Shown piece after piece: positions 8,519-14,927 of a stretch of DNA of 64,000 nucleotides. The DNA is taken from the sequence record OQ790161.1; one strand, 5' to 3'. Every line of letters begins with the position of its first letter. The stretch's first letter is position 1. Both the position numbers and the translations under genes were made by a program. Under the pieces are notes generated by a model. That model worked only from the letters and a program-made list of their open reading frames with translations. It made no database searches and had not been told where the DNA came from.

Positions 8519-9907
8519 ATGAACATCGAAAACCCGATCCTGAACACCGACAGCTACAAGGCCAGCCACTGGACCCAGTACCCCGCCAACACGGATGCGA
8601 CGTTCTTCTACGCCGAATCCCGCGGTGGTGTGTATGACCAGACGGTGTGGTTCGGCCTGCAGGCCATCCTCAAGGCGAACCTGCGACCGATCACCCACGA
8701 CGATGTCAATGAAGCTGCGATGCTGTACGCAGCGCACGGCGAGCCGTTCAATGTGGACGGCTGGCGTTACATCGTTGACAAGCACAATGGTCGCCTGCCC
8801 CTGCGCATCCGCGCTGCGGCCGAAGGCTTGGTGGTGCCGGTGCATAACGCACTGTACACCGTTGAGTCCACCGACCCGAAGTGCTATTGGCTGCCCTCGT
8901 ATCTCGAAACCATCCTGATGCGCACGTGGTACCCCACCACTGTCGCCACGGTCAGCTGGGCGTGCAAGCAAGTCATCCGCTCGTACCTTCAGCAGACCAG
9001 CGACATCCCCGACGACGTCCTGCCCTTCAAGCTCCACGACTTCGGCGCGCGTGGCGTGTCGAGCACCGAGAGCTCGGGCCTGGGCGGCATGGCTCACCTG
9101 GTGAACTTCATGGGCACGGACACCGTGCTCGGCCTGGTGTACGCTACGCGCTTCTACAAGGCCGGCATGGCCGGCTTCTCGGTCCCTGCGGCCGAGCATG
9201 CCACGATCACCCCGTGGGGTCGTGACAACGAAGTGGAAGCCTACCGCAACATGCTGAAGCAATTCGGCCGTGAAGGCGGTATCGTCTCGGTGGTATCGGA
9301 CAGCTACGACATCTACCACGCTATTAGCGAGCACTGGGGTAAAACCCTTCGCGACGACGTGATCAACTCCGGGGCAACCTTGGTGATCCGTCCGGACTCG
9401 GGCGAACCGGTGGAAGTCGTACTGAAGTGCTTGGAACTCATCGATGCTGCCTTTGGCAGTACGGTCAACTCCAAGGGCTTCAAGGTCCTCAACCATGTGC
9501 GCGTGCTGCAAGGCGACGGCATCGATCCGGCCATGCTGGAGGCAATCCTCCAGGCCTGTACCCAGCGGGGTTACTCCGCTGAGAACGTGGTCTTCGGCAT
9601 GGGCGGCGGGCTGCTCCAGAAGGTCAACCGTGACACGCAAAAGTTTGCACTCAAGTGCTCGGCTGCGCGCGTCAATGGCGAATGGATCGACGTCTACAAG
9701 GACCCGATCACCGATAGCGGCAAGCGCTCCAAGCGTGGCCGGCTGTCGCTGTTCCGCCATCGCGAATACGGCACCTTCGGGACCTTCCGCACTGATGGCC
9801 AGCAGACGATCCCCGCTGGCTATGATGATGCGATGGTGACTGTGTGGGTAAACGGCGAGTTCGTGCAGGAATGGACCTTTGACCAGGTTCGTGCCAACGC
9901 AGGCTAA
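8519..9907 (+). CDS. nadV: Nicotinamide phosphoribosyltransferase
   Basis: TDSYKASH, WYPTTVAT, LHDFGARG, AAEH, VVSDSYD, IRPDSG, QGDGI, FGMGGGLLQ, KSKRGRL. Confidence 0.95.
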   Translation: MNIENPILNTDSYKASHWTQYPANTDATFFYAESRGGVYDQTVWFGLQAILKANLRPITHDDVNEAAMLYAAHGEPFNVDGWRYIVDKHNGRLPLRIRAAAEGLVVPVHNALYTVESTDPKCYWLPSYLETILMRTWYPTTVATVSWACKQVIRSYLQQTSDIPDDVLPFKLHDFGARGVSSTESSGLGGMAHLVNFMGTDTVLGLVYATRFYKAGMAGFSVPAAEHATITPWGRDNEVEAYRNMLKQFGREGGIVSVVSDSYDIYHAISEHWGKTLRDDVINSGATLVIRPDSGEPVEVVLKCLELIDAAFGSTVNSKGFKVLNHVRVLQGDGIDPAMLEAILQACTQRGYSAENVVFGMGGGLLQKVNRDTQKFALKCSAARVNGEWIDVYKDPITDSGKRSKRGRLSLFRHREYGTFGTFRTDGQQTIPAGYDDAMVTVWVNGEFVQEWTFDQVRANAG

Positions 9908-9927
9908 CCGCGCAATGCCTTTGTAAC

Positions 9928-10045
9928 GGCCGACCCCTTTTTCCGAATGCCGGCTAAAGACCCGGCGGTAGAATTTGGGGAAGGCCACCTTCGGAAAACT
10001 GTAGGTGGATAACCGAAGTAAGTCGCTCTGGCTGCCCTTGCGGCC
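9928..10045 (+). ncRNA. Structured intergenic element downstream of nadV
   Basis: ggcc-ga-cccc/gggg-aa-ggcc, gccgg/ccggc, and competing ccacct/aggtgg, cttcgg/ccgaag pairings. Confidence 0.4.
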
Positions 10046-10152
10046 AAAACTATCTGACTAGTGGTTGACATGGGTTGGCACAGCGTTTGAGCGACACCTG
10101 CCTTCTCGGATCAACGGAACCTTCACCCTCACCCCTTTTAATGGACGGACCA

Positions 10153-10491
10153 ATGAACGACGCAGTTGCAGAAACCTCGGAAGTTGAACAGCTGCGCGTG
10201 CAGTTGGCCGGTTGTGGTGTGGTTGCCATGTGCAACACCCGCGAGACCCTGAAGCAGCAGATGCCCAGCCGTGAGTCCTTCGGTTACTCGCAGTCACTGC
10301 AGGAAGTCCACGATGGCGTGCTGCGTGAGATCAATGAACGCGAACGTGCCGGCGCCTACCGTGAGGCGATCGAGAAGATCGCCCCGTTGGCCAACAAGGA
10401 AACCCTGATGGCGCTCGCCAGTACGTTCCACGATGGTCCGTACCGGGACCCGCAGCTGGTTGAGATACTGCACGCGGCCAGCCAGAAATAG
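10153..10491 (+). CDS. Hypothetical protein
   Basis: GGACGG RBS before ATG 10153. Confidence 0.7.
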   Translation: MNDAVAETSEVEQLRVQLAGCGVVAMCNTRETLKQQMPSRESFGYSQSLQEVHDGVLREINERERAGAYREAIEKIAPLANKETLMALASTFHDGPYRDPQLVEILHAASQK

Positions 10492-10493
10492 AG

Positions 10494-10771
10494 TTGGGTT
10501 AGTCCGCCCCAGTGGGATAGGGCAAGATGTGTGTTAGGCCTACGCGCCCCCAGAGTCCTCTCCAGGACCTTTCCGCTATCAACGGATCGACCACACTTGT
10601 TCTTGAACATAAAGCGGACACTAAAACAATCACGGAGTAACATCGCGGCCTCCGCGGTGCCGGATTGTTAGTAGGGGGTAAAGTCGCAGGGCCCTGCCTC
10701 CGATGCGCTAGCATCACCCCTATTTGGATTGGTCTCCTTAGTCTGTAACACATTGCGTTCTTCAGACCCAA
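10494..10771 (+). ncRNA. Candidate multi-domain ncRNA D (~280 nt)
   Basis: ttgggt/acccaa closure; gtccgc/gcggac, aacaatc/gattgtt, catcgcgg/ccgcggtg, tagggg/ccccta helices. Confidence 0.55.
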
Positions 10772-10810
10772 ACGTCAGTGTGTTATGGAGTAAGTGACCT
10801 AGGAAAGGCC

Positions 10811-11224
10811 ATGATCGCATTTGAGGAACCTATGATCGAATTGACTCGTCAGCAACAGAACTTGTCTGCGCTGCGTCATCCCCAAGTGGGTGACCGTTGG
10901 CTGGAGCGCGGTTTCCAGCCAGCAGGTGTGGTACGCGCAGTGATCTTCGGTCGCTACGTCATGGTCGACTTACAAAGCAAGCCTGAGATCAAGTACTGGA
11001 GTCTGGCCGAATACGCCAACCACTTCAAGTACAAGTCCATGGATGCAACCTGGGCCGACGTCGAACGCTCGCCGCATCCACTGACGAACCGGGACGCACT
11101 CAAGCAGATCCTGTACTTCTTCCATCGCCGCTGGCAACAGCAGTGGCAAGCGCTGAAGGGACCGTTCCCCAAGACGTTCAACATCTTGGGTTTGAAGGTG
11201 ACGCTGGAACGAACCAAACGTTAA
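10811..11224 (+). CDS. Hypothetical protein
   Basis: AGGAAAGG RBS. Confidence 0.7.
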   Translation: MIAFEEPMIELTRQQQNLSALRHPQVGDRWLERGFQPAGVVRAVIFGRYVMVDLQSKPEIKYWSLAEYANHFKYKSMDATWADVERSPHPLTNRDALKQILYFFHRRWQQQWQALKGPFPKTFNILGLKVTLERTKR

Positions 11225-11245
11225 ACTTTACACCTGCGTTTAATC

Positions 11246-11539
11246 ATGCGAGGCCACATGCAACGTTGCGCTGAATGCGGTTACCACACGCCGTGGGGTG
11301 AGTCACTCAAGCACTTCATTGGGTGCGAGCACACCAGCTCACATGGCAACGGACAAGCACAGGCATTATCTGACCTCCTGTCGGGAAAAGCCGAGCGTGC
11401 AGGTCTGAGCCGTGCCGATCAAGATCACACCTTCGAACAGTTCAAGCGTCTCTTCGGTGACCAACCGAAACTCGCAAGTCCACTGGTCGTTGGACTCGAT
11501 CAGAAACTCGTGAAACATCTGTCGGTAAATTTGCATTAG
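11246..11539 (+). CDS. Hypothetical protein with CxxC motif
   Basis: CAECG...C/H residues. Confidence 0.6.
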   Translation: MRGHMQRCAECGYHTPWGESLKHFIGCEHTSSHGNGQAQALSDLLSGKAERAGLSRADQDHTFEQFKRLFGDQPKLASPLVVGLDQKLVKHLSVNLH

Positions 11540-11559
11540 CAAACTGCCTATGGTATGTA
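11531..11559 (+). promoter_or_regulatory. Sigma70-like promoter upstream of tRNA cluster
   Basis: TTGCAT-17 nt-TATGTA with TG-N extension; TATGGTATGTAA recurs at 61807. Confidence 0.5.
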
Positions 11560-11615
11560 ACACACCTCTGCCGCAGCGCAGAGTAATACCCTGTGCCCTA
11601 AATTGGGCACAACAC

Positions 11616-11706
11616 GGATCGATGGCAGAGTCTGGCTTATCGCACCTGTCTCGAAAACAGGAGTGGGGGAAACCCACCGTAGGTTCAAATCCTACTCGGT
11701 CCGCCA
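11616..11706 (+). tRNA. tRNA-Ser(CGA)
   Basis: cctgt-ct-CGA-aa-acagg, long variable arm, CCA. Confidence 0.95.
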
Positions 11707-11711
11707 CATGA

Positions 11712-11828
11712 AACCCTCTAAAGCATCGCAACGCATCGGCACGTGAAACCGATCGTATACTCCGCGCGCCGCTCCCTCGGAGCACCGCCGGGAGGTGTAG
11801 ATGGTCGACCACTACGGTCGATGGGGTT
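11712..11828 (+). ncRNA. Structured spacer RNA between tRNA-Ser and tRNA-Gln
   Basis: aaccc/gggtt closure with atcgg/ccgat, gctcc/ggagc, cacc/ggtg, tcgacc/ggtcga hairpins. Confidence 0.45.
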
Positions 11829-11840
11829 AACCTTTTACGA

Positions 11841-11918
11841 TGGGGGAGTCGTCTAGCGGCCAAGGACCCCAGGTTTTGATCCTGGTATTCGTAGGTTCGA
11901 ATCCTACCTCCTCAGCCA
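11841..11918 (+). tRNA. tRNA-Gln(TTG)
   Basis: ccagg-tt-TTG-at-cctgg, CCA. Confidence 0.93.
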
Positions 11919-11971
11919 CACACAAGGGACCTTCGGGTCCCGCAGCGCCTAGCGCTTAGTTTTTTGTTTCA

Positions 11972-12047
11972 GGGTCGGTAGCTCAATTGGCAGAGCGGCG
12001 AGCTCCAAATTCGTCGGTTGTGGGTTCAAGTCCTTCCCGGCCCGCCA
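11972..12047 (+). tRNA. tRNA-Trp(CCA)
   Basis: gcgag-ct-CCA-aa-ttcgt, gggtcgg/ccggccc, CCA. Confidence 0.92.
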
Positions 12048-12069
12048 TAGTTACAACAACAGTTTCACT

Positions 12070-12159
12070 GGGTTGGTAGTTCGTTAACGGTAGGCGAGCC
12101 AGACTGTAAATCTGGAGCCCATAGTGGCCTTATAGGTTCGATTCCTTTACAACCCACCA
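12070..12159 (+). tRNA. tRNA-Tyr(GTA)
   Basis: ccaga-ct-GTA-aa-tctgg, long variable arm, CCA. Confidence 0.92.
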
Positions 12160-12168
12160 CGTTTCAAC

Positions 12169-12244
12169 ACAGCGTTCGTCTAGCGGTTTAGGATAACGGC
12201 CTTTCACGTCGTCAACACGGGTTCGAATCCCGTACGCTGTACCA
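12169..12244 (+). tRNA. tRNA-Glu(TTC)
   Basis: acggc-ct-TTC-ac-gtcgt, acagcgt/acgctgt, CCA. Confidence 0.95.
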
Positions 12245-12266
12245 CATTCACAAGGCTCGTTACGAC

Positions 12267-12512
12267 ATGACACGTAAAAAGTTCAAAGACCTCGAGAAGA
12301 TGGTCGATCACATTCTGGCTGATCCCAGAATGCAGAACGAAGCAGTCATGATCAACGGCGCGCCTATCAACACCGATTATCTCAAGGAATGCTTGACCGC
12401 TTTCCGTCGCATTGAAATGCGACTGATTTTGGGTGAGTCCGTTTCTCCGCTAGAACGATTGGCGGTTGAACTGATCATGCAGACATTCGGCGTTGAGTTT
12501 CAACCAAAGTAA
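12267..12512 (+). CDS. Hypothetical protein within tRNA cluster
   Basis: ORF fills the spacer between tRNA-Glu and tRNA-Ile. Confidence 0.7.
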   Translation: MTRKKFKDLEKMVDHILADPRMQNEAVMINGAPINTDYLKECLTAFRRIEMRLILGESVSPLERLAVELIMQTFGVEFQPK

Positions 12513-12515
12513 CAC

Positions 12516-12591
12516 TGTGGATTAGCTCAGTTGGTAGAGCGTTCCCCTGATAAGGGAAAGGTCGATGGTTCGAGTCCATTATCCGCAACCA
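12516..12591 (+). tRNA. tRNA-Ile(GAT)
   Basis: ttccc-ct-GAT-aa-gggaa, CCA. Confidence 0.95.
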
Positions 12592-12598
12592 GTTTCAA

Positions 12599-12688
12599 GG
12601 GCATGTGTGTGAGCGGTTTATACAAGCGGGTTGCTAACTCGCCGACCCTTAAAAAGGTCCGTAGGTTCGAATCCTACCGTGCCCGCCA
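12599..12688 (+). tRNA. tRNA-Ser(GCT)
   Basis: gcggg-tt-GCT-aa-ctcgc, long variable arm, CCA. Confidence 0.95.
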
Positions 12689-12890
12689 TCTTCGTGGAGA
12701 TCCAGGTATCGAGGCCTGGCAGGGGCTCCCATCGGGGGTAGTGCCTGTAGCGACAATAGAGAGCACCGCGATCCCCCGCACTTTCGTAGAGCTGCAAGGC
12801 TTCGGCCGGACTCTACGTCTTTGCGGGTTTAAAATGTAGGACAGTATCTTCCAGACAGCAGTAAGCTGATTCACCCGTCTGGAGATAACC

Positions 12891-13124
12891 ATGTTTGACT
12901 ATACGAAGTACTGTCCTGTTTGTGATTCACTCGACACTTGGGTTCCCTTCGGTCCCGAGGACCTGACCCTCACGTGCGGGTCGTTCTCTGAAACGATGAA
13001 GGCCGTGTACGGCTCCATCTGTACTAACTGTGGTGATCGTCGCCTGAGCGATGAAGACCATGAACGGTATGCGCAGATGGGTGACCGAGTGGTCCTCAAG
13101 TGGCAAGCCTCAAACGCGTCTTAG
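12891..13124 (+). CDS. Stand-alone YgiT/MqsA-type zinc-finger domain protein
   Basis: YCPVCD...(~33 aa)...ICTNCGD followed by a helix, the layout of the MqsA N-terminal domain; no HTH; GGAG RBS. Confidence 0.65.
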   Translation: MFDYTKYCPVCDSLDTWVPFGPEDLTLTCGSFSETMKAVYGSICTNCGDRRLSDEDHERYAQMGDRVVLKWQASNAS

Positions 13125-13190
13125 CTCAGTTGGCAGAGCAGGAGAATCATAATCTCTTTGTCCGGGGTTCGAATCCCTGAGACGCGACCA
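13115..13190 (+). tRNA. tRNA-Met/Ile2(CAT), non-initiator
   Basis: ggaga-at-CAT-aa-tctct, paired C1-G72, CCA. Confidence 0.9.
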
Positions 13191-13192
13191 AA

Positions 13193-13333
13193 ACAAGAAC
13201 CACAACTGCGGTCATCGGTCCGCAGCCCGCATAGGCCTCGGTGGGGTGGAAAATCTGAAGTACTGTCATCCGGTACTTTGGTGTCCGGCAAGCCACCCAC
13301 GCAAGTGGGACTGTCGGCCACTGTGGTTCTTGT
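13193..13333 (+). ncRNA. Candidate structured ncRNA C (~141 nt)
   Basis: Perfect 12-bp terminal stem acaagaaccaca/tgtggttcttgt; ctgcgg/ccgcag, aagtac/gtactt, cccac-GCAA-gtggg hairpins. Confidence 0.55.
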
Positions 13334-13490
13334 CTGTCCCTGAGTCAAGGCAGGTAGTCCTTGGACGGAAGCATGCTCCGCATTACCTAGAGCGAAAGGG
13401 TAGACGTTAAACCGCTGGAGGCGAACCAAGCCGACCGGGGATACGCATGTAAGTGTGGGTTGGTAGTGACCGCCTTCGGGCGGTTGCGTT
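13334..13490 (+). ncRNA. Structured element E ending in a UUCG hairpin
   Basis: tcaagg/ccttgg, gcatgc-tcc/gga-tac-gcatgt, ttacc/ggtag, accgcc-ttcg-ggcggt. Confidence 0.4.
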
Positions 13491-13502
13491 TAGTGTACTA
13501 AG

Positions 13503-13580
13503 GGTTGTCCGTAGCTCAGCTGGTAAGAGCGCCGCACTGTGAATGCGGAGGTCATGGGTTCAAACCCCATCGGGCACCCC
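13503..13580 (+). tRNA. tRNA-His(GTG), CCA not encoded
   Basis: ccgca-ct-GTG-aa-tgcgg; G-1:C73 pattern; ends CCT. Confidence 0.88.
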
Positions 13581-13600
13581 TTAGTGCATTATCAGTTTCA

Positions 13601-13690
13601 GGGTCAGTGGGTGAGAGGCTTAAACCAGCGAGTTGGAAGCTCGCCGCGCCCTGCGGGGCGCCGTAGGTTCGAATCCTACCTAATCCGCCA
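13601..13690 (+). tRNA. tRNA-Ser(GGA)
   Basis: gcgag-tt-GGA-ag-ctcgc, long variable arm, CCA. Confidence 0.93.
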
Positions 13691-13698
13691 GTTTCAAT

Positions 13699-13837
13699 GG
13701 CGTTGCTAGCTCAGTTGGTAGAGCGCTCGTATATATGGGGTTCAACTCCCCACTTGCCCACCGTGCGAAAGCACGTCTGGGCGAGCACTGGTTAAAAAGA
13801 CGAGAGGTCGTGGGTTCGAATCCCACAATACGCCCCA
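13699..13837 (+). ncRNA. tRNA-like RNA with 69-nt anticodon loop (insert or intron)
   Basis: D-arm gctc-agttggta-gagc, stem ctcgt/acgag, variable AGGTC, T-arm gtggg-ttcgaat-cccac, CCA. Confidence 0.65.
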
Positions 13838-13848
13838 ATGTTTCTATA

Positions 13849-13917
13849 GCGAATGTAGCTCAGTTTGGGAGAGCACCTGTCTCTTTGTGTCGCGGGTTCG
13901 AGTCCCGCCGTGCTGCC
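13849..13917 (+). pseudogene. Degenerate tRNA shell (anticodon arm shortened)
   Basis: Intact D-arm and T-arm, only 17 nt between them, poor acceptor stem. Confidence 0.6.
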
Positions 13918-13923
13918 TGTGTG

Positions 13924-13998
13924 CTGCACGTAGCTCAGCTGGTAGAGCAAAAGACAACTAACAGGGGGTCACAGGTTCGATTCCTGTCCTTCGCGCCA
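13924..13998 (+). pseudogene. Degenerate tRNA shell (unpaired anticodon arm)
   Basis: Intact D-arm, T-arm acagg-ttcgatt-cctgt and CCA; anticodon and acceptor stems do not pair. Confidence 0.6.
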
Positions 13999-14007
13999 AG
14001 TTTCAAA

Positions 14008-14084
14008 GCGTGTGTAACTCAGTCTGGTAGAGTCGCAGCCTTCCACGCTGTTGGTCACGAGTTCGAATCTCGTCGCACGCTCCA
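14008..14084 (+). tRNA. tRNA-Gly(TCC)
   Basis: gcagc-ct-TCC-ac-gctgt, gcgtgtg/cgcacgc, CCA. Confidence 0.95.
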
Positions 14085-14112
14085 ATTAGTAGATCCGTGA
14101 AACGCATTTGCC

Positions 14113-14188
14113 GGTCAGATGGCAGAGTGGTAATGCACCGGATTGCAAATCCGCGTACTCGCTGGTTCGAACCCAGCTCTGACCTCCA
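14113..14188 (+). tRNA. tRNA-Cys(GCA)
   Basis: cgga-tt-GCA-aa-tccg, ggtcaga/tctgacc, U73, CCA. Confidence 0.95.
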
Positions 14189-14210
14189 CCACCTCACACA
14201 GGACTTCGCC

Positions 14211-14405
14211 ATGTCGCGTCATCAGCGCTACTATGATGGACTGAATCAGCTGACCACGGAACAAGGTCTGACCACGCGCGTTGCTAACGACGTGCTCTAC
14301 TTCCGCCAGCAAGCCAACTGGAGTCAAGGGTTGGAAGACCAGTTCATCGAACAGGCTCGCGATGGTGAGGTTCCTGACATCACCCAGATCGGACGTTCGA
14401 CATGA
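14211..14405 (+). CDS. Hypothetical protein
   Basis: AGGA RBS, ATG 14211. Confidence 0.7.
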   Translation: MSRHQRYYDGLNQLTTEQGLTTRVANDVLYFRQQANWSQGLEDQFIEQARDGEVPDITQIGRST

Positions 14406-14728
14406 CCCAGAAAGTCAAGTACACCTTCACCGCAGTCACCGCCCGTCCCAATCCGGTCATTGGGATTCCCGAAGGTCTCGAGCTCACCCGTGAGCAGTTC
14501 TTCGAAGCGCTGGCCAATGCCCGCGTGACCCGGCTGTACCTGGACAGCAACACCTTCGCTCAGGTCAACTACGGGTTCGTCAAGAAGGACAACACGCTGG
14601 TGGCTGACCTGCTGCCGCACTTCCCCGATGTCTCGATCACGTTGCTGGCCAACGGCGAGGCGATCATGGAAGTGTCCAAGGATTCGCAGTACCAGCCTAA
14701 CGCCTTCGCCATCGACGTCGAGCTGTAA
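14402..14728 (+). CDS. Hypothetical protein
   Basis: ATGA overlap with upstream gene. Confidence 0.75.
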   Translation: MTQKVKYTFTAVTARPNPVIGIPEGLELTREQFFEALANARVTRLYLDSNTFAQVNYGFVKKDNTLVADLLPHFPDVSITLLANGEAIMEVSKDSQYQPNAFAIDVEL

Positions 14729-14738
14729 CGGTTGTTGC

Positions 14739-14833
14739 CCCTACCGACAGGTAGGGAACTTCCTTGGCGCCCAGGGGTACGGAGAGTTTGCCTATCATCT
14801 CGCCGTAACGACGTCAAGGCAGGTTGGGATAGG
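14739..14833 (+). ncRNA. Structured element upstream of tRNA-Asn (possible pseudoknot)
   Basis: ccctacc/ggtaggg, ccttgg/ccaggg, tacgg/ccgta hairpins; loop cctatc complementary to gatagg. Confidence 0.4.
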
Positions 14834-14845
14834 TTTCAGTTTTGA

Positions 14846-14921
14846 GGTTCATTAGCTCAGTCGGTAGAGCATGGCACTGTTAATGCCAGGGTCGTAGGTT
14901 CGAATCCTACATGAACCGCCA
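14846..14921 (+). tRNA. tRNA-Asn(GTT)
   Basis: tggca-ct-GTT-aa-tgcca, ggttcat/atgaacc, CCA. Confidence 0.96.
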
Positions 14922-14927
14922 CACAAG

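Noticed and set aside
9920-9995. Twister ribozyme (TAA...AATGCCGG-8 nt-CCGG)
   Set aside because: The loop lacks the conserved UCC/AAGC residues, and no T1/T2 pseudoknot or P1 partner is found
13370-13450. c-di-GMP-I riboswitch call
   Set aside because: Only loose similarity; tetraloop receptor and conserved GGGACGCAAAGCC residues are absent
13699-13762. Anticodon-armless mini-tRNA (D-arm plus first T-like hairpin)
   Set aside because: The acceptor strands do not pair; the longer parse with ctcgt/acgag, AGGTC and CCA fits better
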